A stretch of DNA of 64,000 nt, from contig CAVQUB010000006.1 in NCBI GenBank assembly GCA_963716725.1, forward strand, positions 64,001 to 128,000. Reading direction: 5' to 3'. This DNA comes from an uncultured delta proteobacterium (GTDB lineage: Bacteria > Myxococcota_A > Polyangia > Polyangiales > Polyangiaceae). The number at the start of each line of letters is the position of its first letter. Position 1 is the first letter of the stretch. The translations under genes were made by a program, and so were the position numbers. The notes beneath the pieces are model-generated. The model was not told the DNA's origin. It did not search any database and worked only from the letters and a program-made list of their open reading frames with translations. Shown piece by piece: positions 29,053-38,839 of this stretch.

Positions 29053-30705
29053 ATGATCACCGCACACGACGTATCGATGGGTTTCGGAGGGCGCGTGCTC
29101 TTCGATCACGTGAACGTGACCTTCAACGACGGGGAGCGCTACGGTCTGACGGGACCCAACGGCGCGGGCAAGTCGACGTTCATGGGCATCCTGGCGGGCG
29201 GGGTCGAGCCCACCTCCGGGAACGTCTCGGTCCGCGGCCGCCTCGGGGTGCTCGAGCAGGACCACTCGAGCTACGCCGACCAGCGCATCCTCGACGTGGT
29301 GCTGTCTGGGCACGCAGCCCTGTGGGCGGCGCTGCACCAGAAAGAGCAGATCCTCGCCAAGGGCGACGACCTCGACGACGAGGACGGCATGTTGCTCGGC
29401 GAGCTGGAGATGACCATCGCCGAGCACGACGGCTACACGGCCGAGGGTGAAGCGACCGCGCTCCTGGTGGGCCTGGACATCCCGGAGCACCTGCACTGCG
29501 AGAAACTCGAGGTGCTTCAGGGCGGCGACCGGGTGCGCGTCTTGCTCGCCAAGGCGCTCTTCGGCAAGCCCGACAGCCTGTTGCTCGACGAGCCCACCAA
29601 CAGCCTCGACATCGCCAGCATCCGTTGGCTCGAGAGCTTCCTGATGGACTACAGCGGCGCGCTCGTGGTCATCAGCCACGATCGGCACTTCTTGAACAGC
29701 GTGTGCACCAAGATTGCCGACGTCGACTTCGAGAGCATCATCCTCTACACCGGGGACTACGACGACATGGTGAGCGCGAAGGCCGAGTCCCGCGGCGCGC
29801 TCGAACTCGCCAACGCCGCCCGGCAAGAGAAGGTCGAAAAGCTGCAAGAGTTCGTGCGGCGCTTCGCCGCCGGCACCCGCGCGACGCAGGTCAAGTCTCG
29901 CGAAAAGCAGGTGCAGCGCGAAAAGCAGGCGATGGTCGATCTGAAGCGGTCCAACATCCAACGCCCCTTCATCCGCTTCGAGCAGTCTCGGCCCAGCGGG
30001 CGCAGCGTGCTCAGCGTGCAGAACCTGTGCAAACGCTTCGACGAGTTCAGCATCTGCAAGGGCTTCAACTTGAGCGTGATGCGCGGTGACAAGATCGCGC
30101 TGGTGGGACCCAACGGCATCGGCAAGACCAGCATGCTGCGCATGTTCAATGGCGAGGTGAAGCCCGACGACGGCGCCGTCGAATGGGGCTACGAGACCCG
30201 GGTCGGCTACATGCCGCAGGAACACTCGGAGCTGATCGAGCGCTCGGACCAGACCGCGCATGCCTGGCTCTGGAGCTTCAACAGCAAGATCGACGAGGAG
30301 AACCTGCGAGCGCTCTTCGGACGGCTGCTGTTCAAGAAGGACGACCCGCTCAAGCCCACCAAGGTGCTCTCGGGAGGCGAGACCGTTCGCCTGCTGCTGG
30401 CCAAGCTGATGCTGGAGGAGCCCAACGTGCTCTTGCTCGACGAGCCCACCAACCACCTGGATCTCGAGTCCATCCGAGCGCTGACCGAGGCGCTATCCGT
30501 CTACGCTGGCACCTGCATCTTCGTGACGCACGACCGGCACATGGTCGATCGCGTGGCGACCCGGATCCTCGAGATGAGCGTCGAGGGGATCCGAGAGCTG
30601 AGCCCCAGCGCCTTCCACGACGGCCAGTTCTTGACCAAGCACGGCGTCTATCGCCAGAGCGGCCCCTACGATCCGACGAAGTCGAGCGGCGCTCCGCTGC
30701 GTTGA
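29053..30705 (+). CDS. ABC-F family ribosome-associated ATPase (YbiT-like)
   Basis: Two ABC domains (GPNGAGKST, GPNGIGKT; LLLDEPTN twice; SHDRHF and THDRH) and no TM. Confidence 0.93.
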   Translation: MITAHDVSMGFGGRVLFDHVNVTFNDGERYGLTGPNGAGKSTFMGILAGGVEPTSGNVSVRGRLGVLEQDHSSYADQRILDVVLSGHAALWAALHQKEQILAKGDDLDDEDGMLLGELEMTIAEHDGYTAEGEATALLVGLDIPEHLHCEKLEVLQGGDRVRVLLAKALFGKPDSLLLDEPTNSLDIASIRWLESFLMDYSGALVVISHDRHFLNSVCTKIADVDFESIILYTGDYDDMVSAKAESRGALELANAARQEKVEKLQEFVRRFAAGTRATQVKSREKQVQREKQAMVDLKRSNIQRPFIRFEQSRPSGRSVLSVQNLCKRFDEFSICKGFNLSVMRGDKIALVGPNGIGKTSMLRMFNGEVKPDDGAVEWGYETRVGYMPQEHSELIERSDQTAHAWLWSFNSKIDEENLRALFGRLLFKKDDPLKPTKVLSGGETVRLLLAKLMLEEPNVLLLDEPTNHLDLESIRALTEALSVYAGTCIFVTHDRHMVDRVATRILEMSVEGIRELSPSAFHDGQFLTKHGVYRQSGPYDPTKSSGAPLR

Positions 30706-30736
30706 GAAGCCGCCCGGAAGCTGCGAGATGCCCGGG

Positions 30737-30949
30737 TCAGGGCTGCTTGGCCGGGCCGGAGGCGTCGAAACCGATCTTGGAGTGCGCGCCGTCGCAGAAG
30801 GGCTTGTTGGCGGAGTGACCGCAGCGGCAGAGCGCTGCGGTCTTGCCGTCGGCGATGGTCACGGTCGCTCCCGTCGGATCGGTGATGGTGAGCGGACCAC
30901 GGATCAAATACGGGCCGTTGGGCGAACATTTCACGATCAGGTCGGTCAT
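30737..30949 (-). CDS. CDGSH-type [2Fe-2S] protein
   Basis: NGPYLIRG, LCRCGHSANKPFCDGAH; GGAGG SD. Confidence 0.92.
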   Translation of the reverse strand: MTDLIVKCSPNGPYLIRGPLTITDPTGATVTIADGKTAALCRCGHSANKPFCDGAHSKIGFDASGPAKQP

Positions 30950-31010
30950 AGTGCCTCCAGGGGTCGCGGCTGAGACCCCGATCCATGCCTTGGCTTGATC
31001 AGCCGGCTCA

Positions 31011-31189
31011 AGAGCTGTCGAAACTTCGACAGCTCTTTCACTTTGTCATCGGGGAGGCACGCGCCTCCCCGCCCCACCGAAGTGAATTCGTTGGGGCCCC
31101 ACCCCACGCGACGCGCTGCGTGACACCCGACGGGCCGACGGGGTGGGCCGGCTCCGCCGGCTTGCGCTCCGCCATTCTTCGACAGGCCT
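31011..31189 (-). mobile_element. MITE copy 2 (179 bp), inserted at the E1-alpha stop codon
   Basis: Reverse complement of copy 1 with a few substitutions; TCA at 31008-31010 and 31190-31192 (TGA duplication). Confidence 0.8.
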
Positions 31190-32302
31190 TCAGTGTCCAC
31201 TGGGCGCCCGCGGGCCGCGCCGAAGCTCTTCACGCTGCTCGGCCAGGTGCCACGGCAGCTCCGCGTACACGTCGTCGAAGACGCTGTCGAGCCCGGGCGG
31301 CGGAAGCTTCTCGACCGCCTCGATGGCGCGCGAGATCTCTTCGTTGAGCTCCAGGTCGACGCGCTCGATGCTCGCGCTGTCGAGCAGCCCGACCTTCTCG
31401 AGGTGACGACGGATCCGATCGATGGGATCCTTCTCGGCCCAGCGCTTCACTTCTTCGTCGGAGCGGTAGCGGGTCGGATCGTCGCTGGTCGAGTGTGCGC
31501 CCATACGGTAGGTGAACGACTCGATGAAGGTCGGCCCTCCGCCGGCACGCGCGCGATCGACTGCGTCTTTCACCACTCGGTAGACGGCGAGGGCGTCGTT
31601 GCCGTCCACGCGCACGCCAGGCAGGCCGTAGGCTTTGGCCTTGACCGCCAGGGTCTGCGACGCGGTCTGCCGCGCCGTCGGCACGCTGATGGACCAGTGG
31701 TTGTTCTGACAGATCATGACGCACGGCACCTGGAACACCGCCGCGAAATTCATGGCGTTGTGAAAGTCGGGCTGGCTGGTCGCGCCGTCACCCATGAAGC
31801 CGATGGTCACGGTGGCATCACGGCGGAGCTTGGCAGCCCAGGCCGCCCCCACCGCCTGGGGGATCTGCGGTCCGATGCAGCTCGACCACGAGACTTGATT
31901 GACCTCCCGGGCCGCCATGTGGCTGGGCATGTTGCGGCCCTTGAGCACGTCGAGAGAGTTGCCGAAGACCTGCGCCAGGTACTTCTCCAGAGGAAAGCCC
32001 CGCACCAGCATGATTGAGCTCTCGCGCAGCGCGGGGAAGATCCAGTCTCCCGGCTCGGTGGCGAGGGCGGTCGCGACGGGGGTCGCTTCTTGCCCTGTGC
32101 ACGTCCCGTAGAACCCGACGCGGCCCTGCCGTTGGAGCCCAACCATGCGGGTCTCGAGCACGCGCATCTTGCGCATTTCGCGGTACATTCGCAGCAGCGT
32201 CTCCCGCGGGAGGCGAGGATCCGTCGCCGGATCCGTGCTGCCGTCGTCGCGCAGAGTTCGCAAGAGCCCAAGGCTGGGGTCACCGTCGGGCACGCGTTCC
32301 AT
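31190..32302 (-). CDS. bkdA: 2-oxoacid dehydrogenase E1 alpha subunit, branched-chain type
   Basis: QRQGRVGFY, GRNMPSH, PQIPQAVG, TPP motif GDGATS...NN, HSTSDDPTRYR. Confidence 0.85.
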   Translation of the reverse strand: MERVPDGDPSLGLLRTLRDDGSTDPATDPRLPRETLLRMYREMRKMRVLETRMVGLQRQGRVGFYGTCTGQEATPVATALATEPGDWIFPALRESSIMLVRGFPLEKYLAQVFGNSLDVLKGRNMPSHMAAREVNQVSWSSCIGPQIPQAVGAAWAAKLRRDATVTIGFMGDGATSQPDFHNAMNFAAVFQVPCVMICQNNHWSISVPTARQTASQTLAVKAKAYGLPGVRVDGNDALAVYRVVKDAVDRARAGGGPTFIESFTYRMGAHSTSDDPTRYRSDEEVKRWAEKDPIDRIRRHLEKVGLLDSASIERVDLELNEEISRAIEAVEKLPPPGLDSVFDDVYAELPWHLAEQREELRRGPRAPSGH

Positions 32303-32307
32303 GGCAC

Positions 32308-32829
32308 TCACTCGGACTCGACCTCCAACATATCGAGCAACTCGGCCGTGCGGTCGTCGCCGAGCTCCAGCGCCTCCGCGAGGGAGTTGATCACCTCGTT
32401 CTCGCTGTCCTCGATCTCGCTGTCGGCGAAGGCGAGGGCCGCGGCGAGGGAGAAGGCCGCCTCCGCCAGGGCCGGATCCTGCTTGAGCGTCGGCGCCAGC
32501 GCAGCGAGGCGAGCGTCCACTCCCTGCTTTGCGCGCTCGGCGCACTGCTCGAAGAGCTTCTCGATGTGGTGCGTGCGCACCGCGTGCTGCGTGAGGCCGC
32601 GCACGGCGCCGCGGAGCACGTCGCGCTCGGTGTCCGTGACCTTGCCATCCGCCATCACCATCAGAGCCATGACCTCGAACAGAGCTTCGAAGCGCTCCTT
32701 GGCGTCGGGATCGCCCGCGAAGGGGTCGTCGGCCTGCGCCGCATTCATGAAATGCACGCTCGGAGGCTGTCCGACCTCGAGCAGCTCGTCACGGATCCGG
32801 GCCAAGGTGTTCTCACGGAGCTCGATCAT
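32308..32829 (-). CDS. TerB-family protein
   Basis: MADGKVTDTE and FADSEIEDSE TerB motifs; 173 aa. Confidence 0.8.
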   Translation of the reverse strand: MIELRENTLARIRDELLEVGQPPSVHFMNAAQADDPFAGDPDAKERFEALFEVMALMVMADGKVTDTERDVLRGAVRGLTQHAVRTHHIEKLFEQCAERAKQGVDARLAALAPTLKQDPALAEAAFSLAAALAFADSEIEDSENEVINSLAEALELGDDRTAELLDMLEVESE

Positions 32830-33898
32830 GCTCGTCGTCTTGTCCGCGGGCCGGCGCGGCGTCAATGCGTCCTGGCGCCTCCAGCAGCGCCACGGCCTCT
32901 TCCACGACGCTGGGCTCCGCCCGGTCGGGCCGCCCCCGCATGGCGAACAGCAGCGGGAGCGCGCCCGGGACCAGGGCGCGGCCCGCGGCCACGACGGCCA
33001 GGATGCGCGCGTCGCGCGACCACGCATTCAGGCCGCGGAGGATGAACTGCCGAGCCCGCTCGTCGCCCATGCGGGCCAGCGCAATGCGAGCCTGCCACGC
33101 GAAGGGATCCCGGCTCGCACCCAACAGACCAAAGGCACGTCGCGTGAGGCCGCGGCGCGCGGCGGCCAGCCCGAGCGTTCCGGCGAGCTCGATGGCGGCC
33201 TGGGCATCGTCCGGCTCGTCGGCTCCGCGGCCGCTCTCGATCGCCGCGACGATCACCTCCGCACCACTCTCGTCCCCGGCGCGCCCGAGCAAGAGCGCAG
33301 CGGCCAGTCGCACGCCGGCCGCCAAGTCGCCGAGCGCGTCACGCGCAGCGCGCGCGAGCGGCGCTGGCAGGTCGACCTCCCCCGCGTCGAGCCAGCGCTC
33401 CTCGGAGATGCGCAGCGCGATGTAGCGCACCCGAGCGTCGTCGTCTCCGAGAGCGCGAGCCAACGCTTCGTCGACCGTGCCGACGCCGACTCGTGCGTGG
33501 GCGATCAGCGCCTGAAACCTGAGCTCGGGGCTGTCGTCCTCGAGGGCGCGCTCGATCACCGCTCGAGCGTCGGAGTCGTCAGGACCCGCGAGCTCCCCCA
33601 GGGCAACCAGGGCCATCTGACGAACGCGGATCGCGTCGTCGCGCTTCGCGCTCCGAACGAGATCCGAGACGGCATCCTTGGCCGTGGCGTCGGCGAGAGC
33701 CACGGCGGCGTCTGCGCGCAGCCCCGGCGCTGGGTCGTCGGCCAAGACCCGACGCAGGCGCTGGACGGCCTCGTCCGCGCCTTCATGGGCATGACGGGCG
33801 AGGTCCCGCACGGCCGATACCCGCACGTGCAGCTTCTCGTCGTCGGCGTCCCGCAGCGCCGCGGCCAGCGTCCGGGGCAGAGGGGACAGACCGAGCAT
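32813..33898 (-). CDS. HEAT-repeat protein
   Basis: Repeated ALxDxxxxVRxxAxxAL units. Confidence 0.85.
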   Translation of the reverse strand: MLGLSPLPRTLAAALRDADDEKLHVRVSAVRDLARHAHEGADEAVQRLRRVLADDPAPGLRADAAVALADATAKDAVSDLVRSAKRDDAIRVRQMALVALGELAGPDDSDARAVIERALEDDSPELRFQALIAHARVGVGTVDEALARALGDDDARVRYIALRISEERWLDAGEVDLPAPLARAARDALGDLAAGVRLAAALLLGRAGDESGAEVIVAAIESGRGADEPDDAQAAIELAGTLGLAAARRGLTRRAFGLLGASRDPFAWQARIALARMGDERARQFILRGLNAWSRDARILAVVAAGRALVPGALPLLFAMRGRPDRAEPSVVEEAVALLEAPGRIDAAPARGQDDEHDRAP

Positions 33899-33932
33899 CG
33901 CGAGGGCGGAGCCTAGCGGAAGCGTGTGACGT

Positions 33933-33948
33933 TGGCACGGCCGGTGCT
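33933..33948 (+). promoter_or_regulatory. Sigma54 (-24/-12) promoter of the fasciclin gene
   Basis: TGGCACGGCCGGTGCT with exact GG-N10-GC spacing, upstream of the GGAGGA SD and ATG 33982. Confidence 0.75.
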
Positions 33949-33981
33949 TGCGAGGCGCGCGCTCGCCTGGAGGAACTCACC

Positions 33982-34548
33982 ATGAACAAGCTCGTCTCGG
34001 TCGGGATCGGTCTCGTGCTGGTCGCCTGCAATAGCCCGCAATCCACCACTTCCGGCACCGCCGCCGGCTCGGCCGTCGCGCCCCCGCCTGCGAAATCGGT
34101 CACGCCGCAGTCGAACATGCCGCCCCTCGACCCCAAGAACATCGTGAGCCTCGCCATCGGCTCGAAAGACCACACCACGTTGGTGGCTGCCATCAAGGCC
34201 GCGGACTACGTGCCTTCGGTGGCCAACGCGGGTCCGCTGACGGTGTTCGCACCGACCAACGCCGCCTTCGAGAAGCTGCCCGCCGGCACCGTCGAAGGGC
34301 TCCTGAAGCCGGAGAAGAAGGATGATCTCCGTGGAGTCCTCAAATACCACGTGACGACCACCGCCTACGACATCGAGAGCTTCAAGGACGGCGAGACCCT
34401 GGGCATGGCCGACGGCGCCAAGGTCAAAATCACGGTCAAGGACGGCAAGGTCAAGATCAACGACGCAAACATCGTCGCTTCGATCCGCGCCTCGAACGGG
34501 ATGCTCCACATCGTTGACGCCGTGCTGCTGCCCCCTAAGAAGGAGTGA
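33982..34548 (+). CDS. Fasciclin (FAS1) domain lipoprotein
   Basis: Lipobox VAC, TVFAPTNAAF, LKYHV, NGMLHIVDAVLLP. Confidence 0.92.
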   Translation: MNKLVSVGIGLVLVACNSPQSTTSGTAAGSAVAPPPAKSVTPQSNMPPLDPKNIVSLAIGSKDHTTLVAAIKAADYVPSVANAGPLTVFAPTNAAFEKLPAGTVEGLLKPEKKDDLRGVLKYHVTTTAYDIESFKDGETLGMADGAKVKITVKDGKVKINDANIVASIRASNGMLHIVDAVLLPPKKE

Positions 34549-34570
34549 CAGCAATTCGCGCAACGCCTGC

Positions 34571-34589
34571 GTGCGGCGGATTGTCGCAC
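34571..34589. promoter_or_regulatory. Palindromic activator site upstream of the nosZ promoter
   Basis: GTGCGGCGGATTGTCGCAC (GCGGC-N5-GTCGC core, outer GTGCG/CGCAC), about 80-95 bp upstream of the -24 box. Confidence 0.5.
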
Positions 34590-34664
34590 GCAACGACGAC
34601 GCGAAAAGATCGGCCAAAGCTCACGCAATCGTAGCGGAACACGAGTCCGACCCCCATTCCACAC

Positions 34665-34680
34665 CGGCATGAATGCTGCT
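34665..34680 (+). promoter_or_regulatory. Sigma54 (-24/-12) promoter of nosZ
   Basis: CGGCATGAATGCTGCT, GG-N10-GC, about 50 bp before the nosZ ATG. Confidence 0.6.
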
Positions 34681-34732
34681 ATTCCGGCCGGCGTCACTGT
34701 CGCCCATCTCGGGCGACCCCTGGAGGCATCTG

Positions 34733-36743
34733 ATGCAACTTTCAATCGGCAAAGCGCTCGTCTTGGGCGGCGCGGTTCTCGGAATCGCCGTCGCGGCGGC
34801 ATCCTGTGAGAACAAAGCAGAGCAGAAGGGCGCGCAGGCACCCAGCGGGGCTCTGGGCGCTTCGGCGTCGCTCAAGCAGCTGATGGAGGCTCGCGGGCTC
34901 AGCGAGGCCGACGTCGAGGCCGCGGTCAAGACCTACGTGCCCGGCGGCAAGCACGACGACTACATGATCTTCGCCTCGGGCGGACAGTCTGGGCAGGTGC
35001 TCGTCATCGGCGTGCCGTCGATGCGGCTGCTCAAGGTGATCGGCGTCTTCACGCCCGAGCCCTGGCAGGGCTACGGCTACGGCGGCGAGAGCGACAAGGT
35101 GCTCGAAGGCGGGCAACCAGAACGGCAAGCAGAAGATCACCTGGGCCGACGTGCACCACCCCAACCTGTCGAGACCAAGGGCGACTACGACGGCGCAGTT
35201 CTTCTTCGTGAACGACAAGGCCAACGCGCCGCGTCGCGGTGGTCGACCTGACGGACTTCACCACCAAGCAGATCGTCGCCAACCCGCTGGTCGCCAGCGA
35301 TCACGGCGGCGCGTTCGTCGACTCCGAACACCGAGTACGTGATCGAGACCAGCCAGTACCCCGCGCCACTGGGTCGCGAATACGCGCCGCTCAGCGAGTA
35401 CAAGGAGAAGTACCGCGGCGTGGCGATGTTCTGGAAGTTCGACCGGCAGAAGGGCCGCATCGACCCCGAGAAGAGCTGGGCGATCGAGCTGCCGCCGTAC
35501 ACGCAGGACCTGGCGGACGCCGGCAAGCTCGACAGCGACGGCTGGGCGTTCATCAACTCGTTCAACACCGAGATGGCCATCGGCGGCACGCTCGAGGGCA
35601 AGCCGCCCATCGAGTCGCGGCGCGTCCCAGAACGACATGGACTACCTGCACGTCATCAACTGGAAGAAGGCCGAGCAGCTCGTCAACGACGGCAAGGCCA
35701 CGACCATCAAGGGCATGAAGGTCCTCCCGATGAAGGTCGCGGCGCCGACGAAGGCGTGCTGACGCTGGTCGGCGAGCCCAAGAGCCCCCACGGCTGCGAC
35801 GTGACGCCGGACGGCACGGAGATCGTGGTCGGCGGCAAGCTCGACACCCACGCCACGGTCTACGACTTCGCGAAGATGAAGGCGCTCATCGAGCCAGAAG
35901 AAGTTCGAGGGCAAGGACCCGTACGGCGATGCCCGATCCTGGCGCTTCAAGGACGTCCATCCGCGGCCAGGTCGAGATCGGCCTCGGGCCCGCTGCACAC
36001 CGTCTTCGACGACAAGGGCTTCGCCTACACCTCGGTGTTCATCGAGAGCGTCGTGGCCAAGTGGTCGCTGAAGGACCTGAAGACCGTCGAGAAGCTGCCG
36101 GTGCACTACAACATCGGCCACATCATGTCGGCTGAGGGCGACACCGTGAGCCCCGACGGCAAGTACGTCGTGGCGATGAACAAGATGTCGCATGGACCGC
36201 TTCACCACGGTCGGCCCGCTCGTACCCGCAGAACTTCCAGCTCGTGGACATCGACGGGCGAGCAAGATGCGCATCCTCGTGGACATGCCCATCGGCATCG
36301 GCGAGCCGCACTACTCGCAGATGATCAAGACCGACAAGCTGAAGCCGCTCGAAGGCCTACAAGCCGGGCACCAACCCCTACACCGGCGAAGGTCGACCCG
36401 CATCGCGGTGCTCGAGGCGGCAAGGAGGCGCATCGTGCGCAACGGCAACAAGGTGCGACGTCTACATGACGGCCATCCGCAGCCACTTCACCCCGGACCA
36501 GATCGAGGTCAACGAAGGCGACACCGTGAACATCCACGTCACCAGCCATCGAGAGCGCCGAGGACCAGATCCACGGCTTCGCGATCGACATGTACAACAT
36601 CAACGTGAGCCTCGAGCCCGGCAAGCACGAGAACATCACGCTTCAAGGCCGACATGCCCGGCGTCTTCCCGTTGTTCTGCACCGAGTTCTGCTCGGCGCT
36701 GCACCTCGAGATGGCGGGCTACTTCCTGGTCAAGCCCAAGTGA
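34733..36743 (+). CDS. nosZ: Clade II (Sec-dependent) nitrous oxide reductase; about 20 apparent indels
   Basis: SGGQSGQV...GVPSMR, FTPEPWQGYG, DVHH, DHG, SPHG, PLHT, NIGH, EPH and CuA CTEFCSALHLEM are recovered across frames. Sec/lipoprotein signal, no twin-Arg. Confidence 0.92.
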
Positions 36744-36774
36744 GGACCGAGGGGGAGATCGCGGAGCATCTCCG

Positions 36775-37506
36775 ATGACCAGTATCGCGGCCAACGCCCA
36801 CACCCAACCCCATGATGATGGCCACCGGCACCTGCGGGTGGTGGCGAAGAGAGGCAGCGGCCGCGGCTGGGCGGCGAGGTGGAGCGTGATCGTGCTCTCC
36901 CTCGCCGCGATCGGACTGCACGTCGCCTCGCTGTTTTATCCCTGGTGGTGGATCAAGCTCTACGCGCCGCAGTACCCCAAGGGTCTCCGGATGGACATCG
37001 CGCTGACCGGGGTCACCGGCGACGTGAAAGAGGTCGACATCCTGAACCACTACATCGGCATGGACGCGATGGAGAAGGCCGCCGCGATCGAGCGTCAGCT
37101 GGCCGGCTACGGGATCGCGTTTTTGGCCATCGCCATCGTGGTGGTCGCGCTGCTCGCGGGCAAGAAGCTGGGCAAGCTCCTGGCTGTGATTGGCTTCAGC
37201 TTCCCCTTCGCCTTCCTCGCGGACAGTTATTACTGGATGTACCGCTTCGGCCATACCTTGAACCCCGATGCGCCGATCCACCTGCCTTCCTTCACGCCCC
37301 AGCTCTTCGGCAACGGCAAGATCGGGCAGTTCATGACCTTCGCGCAGCCTTCGCTCGGCTTCTGGCTGGCGGTCGGCGGCTTCGTGGCGCTGCTGCTCGC
37401 CGCGGTGGTCCGCACGCGGGTCTGCTCGAAGTGCGCGAAGAAGGGCGACTGCGGCGCGATCTGCAAGGACGCCTTCATCGGGCCCCAGGCCGGCGCCGGC
37501 GCATGA
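36775..37506 (+). CDS. nosB: NosB-like membrane protein of clade II nos clusters
   Basis: WWIKLYAPQYPKGL, LNHYIGM, WMYRFGHTLNPDAPI; about four TMs; C-terminal CxxC-x5-C-x3-C. Confidence 0.75.
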   Translation: MTSIAANAHTQPHDDGHRHLRVVAKRGSGRGWAARWSVIVLSLAAIGLHVASLFYPWWWIKLYAPQYPKGLRMDIALTGVTGDVKEVDILNHYIGMDAMEKAAAIERQLAGYGIAFLAIAIVVVALLAGKKLGKLLAVIGFSFPFAFLADSYYWMYRFGHTLNPDAPIHLPSFTPQLFGNGKIGQFMTFAQPSLGFWLAVGGFVALLLAAVVRTRVCSKCAKKGDCGAICKDAFIGPQAGAGA

Positions 37507-38839
37507 ACGACGCCACGCGACGGCGCGCAACCTGGACGCTTGCCGCCGCCGCAGCCCTCGCCGTCACCGGCTTCGCGGCCAAGAACCTGCGACCGAGCTG
37601 GCACGCGCCGGCGGACCTGCCAGCGCCCCGAGGACCGACAACCCTCTCGCCGCCGGAGGGCGCGACCGTCGCCAAGGACGAAGCGGAGCTTGACGCGACT
37701 GCTCGGCGATCCGAACGGACCGTCCGAGATCTGGCTCGACAATCGCGTCTACCACGGCGACTTCGAGGTCCGGCGCCCGCTGACCCTGCGCGGCAGCGGC
37801 CAGAGCGTGCTCGACGGCTCCAGTACCGGAACGGTGCTGACCATCGACGCGGACCGCGTCACCATCGACAACCTCATCGTACGCGACTCCGGGCGGCGTC
37901 ACACGACTGAGGACGCCGGCATCAAGGCAACCGGCAAGGGCATCGTGCTCCAGAACCTCAGGACCGAGGACACGCTCTTCGGTATCGAGCTGGCGATCTG
38001 CCACGGCTGCCGAGTCGAGGGCGTACACGTGGCGGGCACCGCTGGTGACGAGCTCCGCGGCGACGCCATCAAGGTCTGGGAGTCCCACGACTCGATCGTG
38101 CGAAACTGCCTGGTCGAGCGCGCCCGCGACGTCGTGATCTGGTACTCGCGGCGGGTGACGGTCGAGCAGATTACGCGTGCGCGGCTGCCGCTACGGCACG
38201 CACTTCATGTACGCTCACGACTCGACGGCGACGGACAACCGCTACACCGACAATGATGTGGGGATCTTCGTGATGTACAGCCGTCGAGTCCACGCGGCGC
38301 GCAACGTGCTCGCCGGCGCTCGCGGCTCCGCCGGCATGGGCTTTGGCTTCAAGGAGAGCGAGGCCGTGGTGCTCGAGGACAACTGGGTGGTCGCCAATAC
38401 CACCGGTATCTACCTCGACAACACGCCCCGCTCGCCCAACCAAGAGGTGCGCTTCGAGCGAAACCTGCTCGCCCTGAACGACGTCGCCCTGCGCACTCAC
38501 GGCGCAAACCGCGGCATCCGCTTCGCCGACAACGAGCTGCAAGGCAACAACGTGGTCGGCGAAGTCGACGGCGGCGGTGACATGCTCAAGCTGACCTTCT
38601 CCGGCAACTATTGGTCGGACTACGCGGGCTACGATCTGGACCGCGACGGCCGCGGGGACGTCGCGTACGAGGTGAAGCGCCTGTCCGGTGAGCTCACCGA
38701 CTCGCGGCCGGTGCTGCGTTTCTTCCGCGGCACGGTGGCCATGGGCCTGGTCGACGCTATCTCCGAAGCCGTGCCGACCTTCTCTCGCAGCAAGCTGCTC
38801 GTGGACGCGACTCCTGCCTACGAACGGAGGCAGCAGTGA
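37503..38839 (+). CDS. nosD: NosD copper-maturation beta-helix protein; frameshifts near 37690 and 38175
   Basis: RGDAIKVW, RYGTHFMY, GIFVMYS, GNYWSDYAGYDLDRDGRGD. Confidence 0.88.

Noticed and set aside
30946..31233. Similar short ORFs at 7258-7530, 30946-31233 and the tail of 56149-57069 (GWGPNEFTSVGRGG...)
   Set aside because: They are translations of the repeated MITE and show no transposase motifs.
34733..36743. nosZ as a pseudogene or programmed-frameshift gene
   Set aside because: Metal-ligand motifs and accessory genes are retained, and the indels follow a mixed-allele wobble pattern.
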